Of a stretch of DNA of 64,000 nt, positions 26,702-35,514 are shown in pieces (position 1 is the stretch's first letter; each line of letters starts with the position of its first letter). The stretch is from Elusimicrobiota bacterium. Its GTDB lineage: Bacteria; Elusimicrobiota; Elusimicrobia; Elusimicrobiales; UBA9959. The notes beneath the pieces are model-generated. The model was not told the DNA's origin and made no database searches. It was given only the letters and a program-made list of their open reading frames with translations. A program made the position numbers and the translations under genes. Location: contig DMES01000078.1 in NCBI GenBank assembly GCA_003450815.1, forward strand, positions 175-64,174, written 5' to 3'.

Positions 26702-28530
26702 GGTTTGTTTTCTCCTTTTAGTTTTAGCTGGGCGAGCGAGTCCAGCACAAGCCCCGGCGTGAGAAGCTCAGGCAATAGAACGGCGGGTCCGCCGCCGGGA
26801 TGCACCACATAAAGCGGCACGCCGTTGCGTCCATATTTTGAAAGTTCCGCCTCTATGCTTTTATCGCGTCCGGTCCAGTCGGCCCGGAAGGCGCGGACGC
26901 CGTCGCGTGAAAGCGCCGCGCGCACTTCACTAGAGGCCAGCGCGGTGCGCTCGTTTACCTGGCATGACAGGCACCAGGCCGCTGTAAAATCTATGAACAC
27001 GGTATGTCCGGCGGCGCGCTCCTGGGCCACGGCTTCAGGCGACCATTGCCGCCAGAGGGCGTTTTGGGGCGGTGGATTAACAGCGAGAAGCTGCCAAAGA
27101 ACCCAAAGAAGCCAAAGACTGCTGGCGAACATCGGCAACGCCAAAAGCTTTTTCAGCAGGACCATCCAGGCGCCTGGCTTCGGAAGAAGCCGTATCAGCG
27201 CGGGCCAGGAAGAAAGACAGGCGTACGGCGCGGCGGCGCCAAGCCCGAGCGCGCCGAACACGGCCAAGGTTTCGCCCGCCGGGCGCGTTACGGCCCAGCC
27301 GAGAGTGGCGCCCATAAATGGGGCCGTACAGGGCGCTCCGGCCACCATGGCGAACACACCGGAAAAAAACGCGCCGATCCGGCCCTCGCGGGCGGACAGG
27401 GATGAGCCTGTGCCCATCCATCTGGCGCCGAATTCAAAAACGCCCAGTAAACTTAGCCCGGCGAAAAAGAACAATACAGCCAGCGCGGCAACCAGCCAGG
27501 GTGATTGGAACTGCGTTCCCCAGCCCAGAGTGTGGCCGGCGCGGCGTGCCGTCAGTAGCATTAACGCCAGAGCTTCGCAGCTTAACACCATTCCGGCGGC
27601 GTAGGCCAGCGCTTCATAACGGGTCCGCGTGGTATTCTGTTCTTTGCGGTTCAGCAGTCCAAGCGTTTTGAAAGTCAGCACGGGAAACACGCACGGCATC
27701 AGGTTTAGCAGCAGCCCCCCGGCGAAAGCCAGAAGGAAGAAGCGTGCCTCCGTGCCGTCTGCGCTTACCGGGACGGAGACCAGCACAGGATTAAATCCGG
27801 GGCGTATCAGCACGCCCTCCATCCGCGAAGGTATTTTTGAGCCGGGCGCCGGGTTTAAGGCTATTTCCGTTTCCAACGGGCTTACGCTTACGGCTGAACG
27901 TGTGTTTTCAAATATGCCGGGTTCCTCCGGAAAGAACTCGGCCAGCGGATGGAGGCCTTTAAGGCGCAGGCGTATATTGTTCCCGTCATGCGCGGCCGTA
28001 ATTATTGCGCCGGAATCAGGCCGCGGTACACTTGCAAGCGAAGCCGCAATAGCCGCTGCATCGTCCGCGCGTTCACGTGAGGTTCTTTCTACATTTATCC
28101 TGAGCGTTAATGCCGCTGAGCCTGGCAGACAGGTTTCCCGGCATTCCAGCCATTCCGCTTTCGCACGGAGACTGACGCGCGTTCCGGGGCGGGTGTCCGG
28201 GGCCGCTGTAAGCGTAAACGGCAGGATGACCGCACCATTGTAGCCGAAATTGGTGAGCGGCGGCGATTCCAGTCGCATCGGCGCGGGCCATTGCATGGGG
28301 GAGGCTTTCCAGCCAGTAGGCAGCCTCCATTCCAGCCTTGGAGACATTCCCGCGTCTCCCGGATTGCGCCAATATACGTGCCAGCCGTCATTTAGTTTAA
28401 ATTTAAGCCCCGCCGTAAAGCTCTCACCGGGCTGTACTGTATCGCGCGCGGAGAGAAGAGAAATGTCAACATGGCCGGCATATGCCGGCCATGAAAATAA
28501 AATCAACAGAACGGCGATGGCGGGTCTCAT
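26698..28530 (-). CDS. dsbD: DsbD-like thiol:disulfide interchange protein
   Basis: Signal peptide, N-terminal periplasmic domain, CcdA/DsbD-type TM core (LNLMPCVFPVL ... GAPCTAPFMG), and a C-terminal thioredoxin FTAAWCLSC. Confidence 0.8.
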   Translation of the reverse strand: MRPAIAVLLILFSWPAYAGHVDISLLSARDTVQPGESFTAGLKFKLNDGWHVYWRNPGDAGMSPRLEWRLPTGWKASPMQWPAPMRLESPPLTNFGYNGAVILPFTLTAAPDTRPGTRVSLRAKAEWLECRETCLPGSAALTLRINVERTSRERADDAAAIAASLASVPRPDSGAIITAAHDGNNIRLRLKGLHPLAEFFPEEPGIFENTRSAVSVSPLETEIALNPAPGSKIPSRMEGVLIRPGFNPVLVSVPVSADGTEARFFLLAFAGGLLLNLMPCVFPVLTFKTLGLLNRKEQNTTRTRYEALAYAAGMVLSCEALALMLLTARRAGHTLGWGTQFQSPWLVAALAVLFFFAGLSLLGVFEFGARWMGTGSSLSAREGRIGAFFSGVFAMVAGAPCTAPFMGATLGWAVTRPAGETLAVFGALGLGAAAPYACLSSWPALIRLLPKPGAWMVLLKKLLALPMFASSLWLLWVLWQLLAVNPPPQNALWRQWSPEAVAQERAAGHTVFIDFTAAWCLSCQVNERTALASSEVRAALSRDGVRAFRADWTGRDKSIEAELSKYGRNGVPLYVVHPGGGPAVLLPELLTPGLVLDSLAQLKLKGENKP

Positions 28531-28541
28531 TTTTGGTTATT

Positions 28542-28583
28542 AAAAATTTTTGCCGCAAAAATAAAATGTTGTTCCTCAACATT
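28542..28583 (-). promoter_or_regulatory. intergenic module: AT-rich hairpin (AAAATGTTG-aggaa-CAACATTTT) plus 17-bp palindrome ATTTTTGC-N-GCAAAAAT
   Basis: Lies between the ychF stop and the dsbD-like start. The 20-mer ATAAAATGTTGTTCCTCAAC (28561-28580) recurs exactly at 42914-42933. The palindrome recurs at 18987-19013 and 42845-42872. Confidence 0.6.
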
Positions 28584-29657
28584 TTATACGTTAAACTTAA
28601 AGAAGCAAACATCGCCGTCTTTCATTACGTATTCCTTGCCTTCCGAGCGGATCAGGCCTTTTTCTTTCAAAAGCTTTTCTTCGCGGTATTTGACGATGTC
28701 TTCAAAGGAATAAACTTCGGCGCGGATGAAGCCTTTCTCAAAATCGGTATGGATGCGGCCGGCCGCCTGCGGCGCTTTCAGGCCTTTGCGCAGGCTCCAG
28801 GCGCGCACTTCGTCGTCCGAGCCGGCGGTGAAGAAGGAAATCAGATCCAGCAGTTTCTGGCCGGCCAGTATCATTTTCTCAAGGCCGGTGTATTCCTCTC
28901 CCAGGTCTTTCATGAACGCGGCTTTTTCATTTTCGGGCAATTCTATTAGTTCCGATTCAATCTTTGCGGAAATTTCCACCAGAATAGCGTCGCGCGACTT
29001 TACAAAATCGCGCAGCTTAGCCTGCACGGCGGCGTTCGGGCTTTCGGAAGTGTTGGCCACGAAGAAAACTGGTTTTACGGTGAGCAGGTTGAAGTCGCGC
29101 ACTTCCTCTATGGTGTATCCCGCTTCTTTGGCCGGTTTGCCTGCGACCAGCAGTTTTTTTATCTTTTCAAGTTTTTCCTGTTTTTCTTTGGCTTCCTTGC
29201 TGCCCGAGCGCAGATTGCCGGAATTCTTGTCTATCATTTTGTCCACGGCTTCCAGGTCGGCCAGCATTAGCTCGGTTTCTATCACTTCAATGTCGCGTAT
29301 GGGGTCCACTTCGCCCAGCACATGCACCACATCGGGATTGTCGAATACGCGCACCACCTGCACTATGGCGTCCACCTCGCGGATGTTGGCCAGAAACTTG
29401 TTGCCCAGGCCCTCGCCCTGAGAAGCGCCTTTCATAAGGCCCGCGATGTCCACGAATTTTATATAGGAGGCGACCTTTTTCGGCGGCTTGAAAATTTCAA
29501 AAAGCGCGTCCAGACGCTTGTCCGGTATCGGCACCACTCCCACATTCGGGTCTATAGTGGTGAAAGGATAGTTGGATGAAGCCGCGCCCGCCCTGGTAAG
29601 CGCGTTGAAAAGCGTGGATTTGCCCACATTGGGGAGTCCTACAATTCCTATTTCCAT
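28584..29657 (-). CDS. ychF: redox-regulated ATPase YchF (Obg-family)
   Basis: GIVGLPNVGKSTLFNALT P-loop, TGS-like C-terminus, 357 aa. Confidence 0.95.
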   Translation of the reverse strand: MEIGIVGLPNVGKSTLFNALTRAGAASSNYPFTTIDPNVGVVPIPDKRLDALFEIFKPPKKVASYIKFVDIAGLMKGASQGEGLGNKFLANIREVDAIVQVVRVFDNPDVVHVLGEVDPIRDIEVIETELMLADLEAVDKMIDKNSGNLRSGSKEAKEKQEKLEKIKKLLVAGKPAKEAGYTIEEVRDFNLLTVKPVFFVANTSESPNAAVQAKLRDFVKSRDAILVEISAKIESELIELPENEKAAFMKDLGEEYTGLEKMILAGQKLLDLISFFTAGSDDEVRAWSLRKGLKAPQAAGRIHTDFEKGFIRAEVYSFEDIVKYREEKLLKEKGLIRSEGKEYVMKDGDVCFFKFNV

Positions 29658-29794
29658 TGTTCAGTCCTTATGGTTCGCGGTAAGATAATATGAAATGCTC
29701 ATATTATTTTGCCGCGAGCGCTTAGCCGCGTGAGAATCTCAAAATTAAAAGCCGATTCCCGCGGAGGAACCGGCTTGCCGCCAGCAAATTGTGG

Positions 29795-29812
29795 CGGCCT
29801 GTACGGGATTTG
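29795..29812. repeat. 18-bp exact copy of the tRNA-Glu 3' end (att-like remnant)
   Basis: CGGCCTGTACGGGATTTG at 29795-29812 is identical to 29951-29968 (the 3' acceptor/T-arm of tRNA-Glu). Confidence 0.8.
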
Positions 29813-29950
29813 GCCACAAGTCGCTTCTTCGCCGTCGCTCAGTCGCGCTCGCGGCCCCGGCTCGCGGATTCGCCTGCTGGCTCATCAACGCTCCGCCTTT
29901 CAAATCCCGCCGCAAGCCAAGCAGTTGGCTTGCTTATGGAAAATTGTATA

Positions 29951-30024
29951 CGGCCTGTACGGGATTTGAACCCGTGATCTCTGCCTTGAGAGGGCAGCGT
30001 CCTAGGCCGCTAGACGAACAGGCC
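29951..30024 (-). tRNA. tRNA-Glu (anticodon CTC)
   Basis: Hand-folded cloverleaf. Acceptor GGCCTGT/ACAGGCC, anticodon stem CTGCC/GGCAG, loop CTCTCAA, T-arm ACGGG-TTCAAAT-CCCGT. 74 nt, no encoded CCA. Confidence 0.9.
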
Positions 30025-30070
30025 GTAAGTTCACAGTTTACCAAATAGCCGGCTTAGCAGGCAAAAAAAC

Positions 30071-30142
30071 CAGCCGACGGCCGGGATTGAACCGGCGACC
30101 TACCGCTTACAAGGCGGTTGCTCTACCGCTGAGCTACGTCGG
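30071..30142 (-). tRNA. tRNA-Thr (anticodon TGT)
   Basis: Hand-folded cloverleaf. Acceptor GCCGACG/CGTCGGC, D-arm GCTC-AGCGGTA-GAGC, anticodon loop CTTGTAA, T-arm GCCGG-TTCAATC-CCGGC. 72 nt. Confidence 0.9.
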
Positions 30143-30185
30143 CATTCTGTATTGGTAATTTTACTATATTTGGGCAAATTTTAAT

Positions 30186-30629
30186 TTACTTGGTGTCCAT
30201 ATAGGTGTCCATCGGGGCTGGTTTTGGGGCAGATTCCTGCGTGATTGGCATACACGTGTTAAAGGCCCGCATCTCTGCCTGTAAGTAGCCGCTGCTCAAA
30301 TGTGCGTATCTTTGTGTCATTATGGGGCTGGCATGTCCGAGTATCTTTTGTAGGGCGGGAAGATTTCCGGTTTTCATAATAAAATGGCTTGCAAAAGTAT
30401 GGCGTAGGTCATGGAATCGGAATCCTACAATTCCCGCAGCTTCCAAGCACTTCCCAAAATATCGTCTTAGTGTTATATCGGGCACGTTGAAAACCTTGTC
30501 CGTTGGTTCCAGCGGTCCCATGACTAGGAGAATGTTGTGTAATTTAGCAGCGATAGGTATTTCCCTTGGCTTGCCGGACTTTGATTCTACAACGTGTCGT
30601 ATATTTCTTTCTGCAAGGCGTCGCTTTTT
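30186..30629 (-). pseudogene. tyrosine recombinase (phage integrase family), C-terminal catalytic fragment only
   Basis: FHDLRHTFASHF and LGHASPIMTQRYAHL motifs. Integrase-like reading frame (VESKSGKPREIPIA) continues upstream of the first Met to an in-frame stop at 30630-30632. The N-terminal core-binding half is absent. Confidence 0.75.
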
Positions 30630-30877
30630 TTAACAAGCGGAGCGCTGTCGGAATTCCGGGCTAATTTTTGGTCTATGGTTTTCTCAAATTCGCGGTTTGC
30701 CTGGCTATATTGCGCAGTTATGTCATCCAGTTTATCGTTCAGTATTTTTGTTTTCTCATTCAAATCCTGATTGAGTCTCCGGACTTCCGCATCATCTTGG
30801 AGTCCGCGATTTCGGTGTAATTCCGCCCCGATTCGCCGTCTTCCTTTAAAAAACCACGTCAGGAGTTTAGCGGGATT

Positions 30878-31375
30878 TTATGAATGGCCGGCTTCGGATA
30901 AGGAATACAGGCGGCGGCGGGCCATTTCCTCTATTCTGGTGCGAAGCTCTTCATGCCTGTCCAGCAGCTTTTTGAAATCGCTGGAAGCTATGTGCGCCAC
31001 TTCACAGGCGCTTTTGGCTACAATGGACGCTGAGCGCTTGGCTGTCGGCACCAGGTAACTTATCTCCCCGAAAAGGTCGCCGGGACCGAGGTGCGCGACT
31101 TCTTTTGACAGAAATATCCATCGCGACTGACATACCGACAGCCCGCCCTTGATAACCACATAGACATTCGTTCCGGGCTCGCCTTCTTTGAGAATTACCG
31201 ACTCAGGTTCATATGCGCTGACTTTTATTGATGGCAGGGTCTCTTCAATTTCTGAAACAAGAAGGTGGAATGTTTTCGAGAGTATTTTCAGGTCTGCATG
31301 GACCGCTTTCCGTTCTGTCATATTTTTCTCCTGTTTTCCGGTCTTAGGATTGACTGTGCGCAGGACAGACATCAC
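30878..31375 (-). CDS. cyclic-nucleotide-binding domain protein
   Basis: cNMP-binding signature GDLFGEISYL...KRSASIVA. 165 aa. Confidence 0.75.
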   Translation of the reverse strand: MMSVLRTVNPKTGKQEKNMTERKAVHADLKILSKTFHLLVSEIEETLPSIKVSAYEPESVILKEGEPGTNVYVVIKGGLSVCQSRWIFLSKEVAHLGPGDLFGEISYLVPTAKRSASIVAKSACEVAHIASSDFKKLLDRHEELRTRIEEMARRRLYSLSEAGHS

Positions 31376-31482
31376 TTACGCTGCTCTGCAGCAACAATAA
31401 GGCCGGTTATCCTGAGCAAACCCCGCCCTTCCGTGGCTGGAAGGGTGCCTTTAGGATTATATATAAAAAATATCCGCCAGCA

Positions 31483-33132
31483 TTGGGGAAAAAGGAAAAG
31501 ATTGCCCTGTATATCGTATCATTTACTATGGCTTTGGACCTGATAGTAAGCGGTTTGCTCATTCCTGTGGAAATTGATGGGCCTGAAGAATACTTAACAT
31601 CCGCCGCGCTCAGGCTTAAGATCCAGGCAACAGAGCTCAAGGTCGTCAGAATACTTTCCAAATCTCTTGTTTCCAGCGACAAGCAGCAGTTCTATTATGA
31701 AATCTCGCTGGTTATGAGCGTTCCCGCCGGTTACGAGAATAAAGACAATTTTTCCGTCTACGTAAAGCCTGTCGCGCGGCCTAAATCCGCGCGGGCCGGT
31801 GAGCGCCCTGTAATTATCGGTTTCGGCCCGGCCGGGATGTTCGCGGCGCTTGAGCTTATAGAGTACGGGCTTAAACCACTGATATTTGAAAGGGGCAAGC
31901 GGCTGGAAGAGCGCCACGCGGATGTGCGGAGTTTTATTAAAGACCGGACGCTGGCTACGGAGTCTAATATCCAGTTCGGCGAAGGCGGTGCCGGCGCCTA
32001 TTCCGACGGGAAATTGTTTTCAAGGCTCAATAATTCAGTATACGCAGACAAAGTGCTGGACACCTTTATTAAATTCGGCGCTCCGCCGGAAACGGGGTAT
32101 GTCAGCAAGCCGCACCTGGGTACAGATGTGTTGCGAAAAATAACAGCCAATATAAGGAACCATATACTTCAAGCAGGCGGCGAAATACGTTATGGCTCAA
32201 AAATGACGGATATCCTTATATCCGGGGGGGAAGCATCCGGCGTAGTCATTAACGGTTCGGCGGAGTACCTTTGCTCAAGCATCTATCTGGCCATAGGCAA
32301 TTCGGCGCGCGACACCTTTTATTTGCTGCACAAAAAAGGTGTCAGCCTTGAGCCTAAGCCTATTTCTGTCGGAGTGAGAGTTGAGCACCCGGCCAAAACC
32401 ATCAACCTTATCAGGTACGGCGACAAGTACCGTGACTTCCACCGCATAGGCGCCGCCACCTATTCGTTTAACTGCACAAACCGCAAAACAGGCCGCGGCG
32501 CTTACACTTTCTGCATGTGCCCCGGCGGCGAGATTGTAAACGCGTCTTCGGAAGAGGGCGGGCTGGCGCTTAACGGTATGAGCTACTCGGCCAGGGGTTC
32601 CGCATTTTCGAACTCGGCTATCGCGGTAACCTGTACACCGGCGGATTATAACTCGTCTCATCCGCTTGCCGGAGTTGAGTTCCAGAAAGATATAGAGCGT
32701 AAAGCTTTCCTTGCTGGCGGGGGAAACTGGAAAGCGCCCGCCCAAAATCTAAGGGATTTCTTAAGCGGGAAGCCGTCTGCCGAGCTAAACAGTAATTCAT
32801 ACAGGATGGGCGCCCATAGCGCGGACCTGAACCGCATTTTCCCGGCTTTTATAAGCGAAGCGCTTTGTTACGCTTTTAACCAATGGGAAACGGAATGCCC
32901 TTCATTCGTAGGCGGTGACGCCATACTTATGGGTCCGGAAACAAGAACTTCCTCTCCAGTAAGGATCAGGCGCGGGAAAAATTTTGAATCGGTAAATATA
33001 CGGAACCTTTATCCGATAGGTGAAGGGTCGGGGTACAGCGGGGGGATAACCAGCTCCGCCTCCGACGCGATAAAAGCCGTGGAAGCCGCGCTGCGGGATG
33101 CGGGCGCGGCAAAAATCGGATGTGCGGTCTGA
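31483..33132 (+). CDS. FAD-dependent oxidoreductase (COG2509-type)
   Basis: Rossmann motif VIIGFGPAGMFAALEL after a roughly 100-aa N-domain. FGEGGAGAYSDGKL motif. 549 aa. Confidence 0.75.
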   Translation: MGKKEKIALYIVSFTMALDLIVSGLLIPVEIDGPEEYLTSAALRLKIQATELKVVRILSKSLVSSDKQQFYYEISLVMSVPAGYENKDNFSVYVKPVARPKSARAGERPVIIGFGPAGMFAALELIEYGLKPLIFERGKRLEERHADVRSFIKDRTLATESNIQFGEGGAGAYSDGKLFSRLNNSVYADKVLDTFIKFGAPPETGYVSKPHLGTDVLRKITANIRNHILQAGGEIRYGSKMTDILISGGEASGVVINGSAEYLCSSIYLAIGNSARDTFYLLHKKGVSLEPKPISVGVRVEHPAKTINLIRYGDKYRDFHRIGAATYSFNCTNRKTGRGAYTFCMCPGGEIVNASSEEGGLALNGMSYSARGSAFSNSAIAVTCTPADYNSSHPLAGVEFQKDIERKAFLAGGGNWKAPAQNLRDFLSGKPSAELNSNSYRMGAHSADLNRIFPAFISEALCYAFNQWETECPSFVGGDAILMGPETRTSSPVRIRRGKNFESVNIRNLYPIGEGSGYSGGITSSASDAIKAVEAALRDAGAAKIGCAV

Positions 33133-33139
33133 CGCTGTT

Positions 33140-34939
33140 ATGGCTATACTGCTTAGTTGTCAAAATCTTTCCAAAAGTTTCGGCTCGCGGCCGCTGTTCG
33201 AGGGGCTGTCCTTCGGCCTTTCTGAGGGAGAGCGTACCGGGCTTATAGGCCCAAACGGGGCCGGCAAATCCACGCTGCTGAAAATACTGGCCGGTCAGGA
33301 AACGCCCGACGCCGGCGCCGTTACTCCCCGGCGCGGCCTGCGGCTGGGCTATCTGGCCCAGCAGGACCACTTTGAAGCGGCCCCGCAGGGCTGGACCGCC
33401 CGCGACCAGGTTGTACAGGCGCTGCAGGGCCTCGGTCTGCAGGACTATGAAATTGATATGCGCGCCGCCGCCGGGCTTGCCTCCGCCGGTTTCACGGACC
33501 CAGCGCGGCAAGTGAGCGCGCTTTCAGGCGGCTGGCGCAAGCGTCTGGCCATATTGTCACAGTCCGTACGCGAGCCCGACCTGCTGCTGCTGGACGAGCC
33601 CACCAACCATCTTGACATAGAAGGCGTGCTGTGGCTGGAGCGGTTCATTTCAGAGCTCAAATTTCCTTTTCTTGTGGTCACGCATGACCGCCGCTTCCTG
33701 GAGCGGGTCACCAACCGCGTGATAGAGCTGAACAAGCGCTATACGGAGGGCCATTTCAGCAGCGTAGGCAACTATAGTCAGTTCCTTGAAAACCGCGAGG
33801 CTTACTTCGACACGCAGGCTGCGCGCGAAGACTCTGTGCGTAATATCGTGCGGGGGGAAATAGCCTGGCTGCGCAAAGGCCCCAGGGCCCGCGCGACAAA
33901 GCAGAAAGCCCGCATAGACAGAGCGGGGGAGCTGATAAACGAGCTTTCAGAATTGGAATACCACAACTCCCAGGGCCGCGCCGCAGATATAGACTTTACA
34001 GCCGGTGACCGCCAGGCCAACCGCCTTGTATATGCCGTAAAGGCTGAAAAAAGCCTGGGCGGCCGCAAGTTGTTCGGCCCGCTGGATCTGACACTGGGTC
34101 CCGGAGATAAGCTTGGGCTATTGGGCGGCAATGGCAGCGGCAAAACGACCCTGCTTAAAATGCTGGCCGGTCAGCTTATGCCTGACACCGGCACGCTGAA
34201 ACAGGCCGAAGGCCTGCGCGTGGCAACCTTTGACCAGCACCGCGCCGGTCTGGACTTGGACCTTACGCTTAAGCGCGCCTTGTGTGGCAACGGCGAGCAT
34301 GTTTGCTATAAAGGGTCAAACATCCATGTGCGCGGCTGGGCTTCGCGCTTCCTTTTTCGCCAGGAGCAACTGGACATGCCGCTGCGGCTGCTGTCCGGCG
34401 GCGAGCAGGCCCGCGTTCTTATAGCCGGGTTCATGCTGCGGCCCGCCGACGTGCTGCTGCTGGACGAACCCACGAACGACCTGGACCTTCAATCGCTGGA
34501 GGTGCTTGAAAGCAGCATGCAGGAATTTCCAGGCGCTCTGGTGCTGGTCACACACGACCGCTACCTGCTTGAGCGGGTAGGCAGCCGCCTGCTTGCGCTG
34601 GACGGCCGGGGTAACGCCCGCTTTTTTTCCGATCTCTCACAGTGGGAAAGCTGGATGGAGCGGCAGCAGGAAGAGCTGCCTCCTGTTCCAGCTGCCGGAG
34701 AAGCCCACGCGGGCCCTTCCGCTAAAGAGACAAGGGAGTTTAAGAACGCACTACGGAAACTGGAAGCCGAAATACAAACCGCAGAGGCCCAGGCGGAAAA
34801 AGCCCGTCTGGCCCTTGAAGACGCCTCCATCGCCACCGATGCGGAGGAACTGGCCAAACGCCACAAGAAGCTGGATGACGCCTTGCAAAAAGTGGAAACC
34901 CTGTTTACCCGCTGGTCCGAACTGCAAAAAGGCAGATAG
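33140..34939 (+). CDS. ABC-F family ATPase (Uup/EttA-like)
   Basis: Two ABC cassettes (GPNGAGKST / LSGGWRKR / LLLLDEPTNHLD and GGNGSGKTT / LSGGEQAR / LLLLDEPTNDLD). Coiled-coil C-terminus. No TM domains. Confidence 0.9.
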   Translation: MAILLSCQNLSKSFGSRPLFEGLSFGLSEGERTGLIGPNGAGKSTLLKILAGQETPDAGAVTPRRGLRLGYLAQQDHFEAAPQGWTARDQVVQALQGLGLQDYEIDMRAAAGLASAGFTDPARQVSALSGGWRKRLAILSQSVREPDLLLLDEPTNHLDIEGVLWLERFISELKFPFLVVTHDRRFLERVTNRVIELNKRYTEGHFSSVGNYSQFLENREAYFDTQAAREDSVRNIVRGEIAWLRKGPRARATKQKARIDRAGELINELSELEYHNSQGRAADIDFTAGDRQANRLVYAVKAEKSLGGRKLFGPLDLTLGPGDKLGLLGGNGSGKTTLLKMLAGQLMPDTGTLKQAEGLRVATFDQHRAGLDLDLTLKRALCGNGEHVCYKGSNIHVRGWASRFLFRQEQLDMPLRLLSGGEQARVLIAGFMLRPADVLLLDEPTNDLDLQSLEVLESSMQEFPGALVLVTHDRYLLERVGSRLLALDGRGNARFFSDLSQWESWMERQQEELPPVPAAGEAHAGPSAKETREFKNALRKLEAEIQTAEAQAEKARLALEDASIATDAEELAKRHKKLDDALQKVETLFTRWSELQKGR

Positions 34940-34977
34940 TCAGAGATTTTATAAAATATCCATAATTGGAGGAGAAA

Positions 34978-35484
34978 ATGAAAAAAGTCGCCATGTTCAT
35001 AGCTTTTCAGGGCTTTCGGGATGAGGAATACACCGAGCCCAAAAAAATACTTGAAGCCGCCGGAATAAAAGTGGACACGGTTTCAACCGCTAAAGGCCAG
35101 GCCAAGGGCAAATTTCGCGCACTTGCGCAGGTGGATAAGGTGATAGATGAAATAAACCCCGCCGACTATGACGCCCTTGCTTTGGTGGGGGGGCCAGGCG
35201 CTTTGGAACATCTGGATAATCAAAAAGTTTATGCGATTTTTAAAAAAGCTGAGGGGCTCGGAAAGCTTATAGGTGCCATCTGCATCGCGCCGGTTGTTCT
35301 GGCCCACGCCGGGCTTTTAAAGAATAAAAAAGCCACAGTCTGGCCCGACGGCTCCGGCGAACTTGAAAAAGCCGGGGCCGAGTATACCGGCGCCGAAGTT
35401 GAAATTGACGGAAAAATTATAACCGCCAGCGGCCCCATTCCCGCGCGAGCATATGGCAGGGCGCTGATGGAAGCTTTAAAATAA
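34978..35484 (+). CDS. DJ-1/PfpI family protein
   Basis: Nucleophile-elbow AICIAPVVLAHAG. GGAGGAG RBS upstream of the ATG at 34978. Confidence 0.85.
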   Translation: MKKVAMFIAFQGFRDEEYTEPKKILEAAGIKVDTVSTAKGQAKGKFRALAQVDKVIDEINPADYDALALVGGPGALEHLDNQKVYAIFKKAEGLGKLIGAICIAPVVLAHAGLLKNKKATVWPDGSGELEKAGAEYTGAEVEIDGKIITASGPIPARAYGRALMEALK

Positions 35485-35514
35485 TAGTTTGAAGAGGTAA
35501 ATCAAAAGCATATT

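Noticed and set aside
26825-27604. 259-aa plus-strand ORF (and neighbours at 27004-27671)
   Set aside because: It is antisense to the DsbD-like TM core. The product is Arg/Ala/Pro-rich, an artefact of high GC.
30630-30860. Coiled-coil-like reading frame (…DDAEVRRLNQDLNEKTKILNDKLDDITAQYSQANREFEKTIDQKLARN…) upstream of the integrase fragment
   Set aside because: The frame is open but has no ATG, GTG or TTG start giving a reasonable length. It is probably a remnant of the degraded element rather than a live gene.
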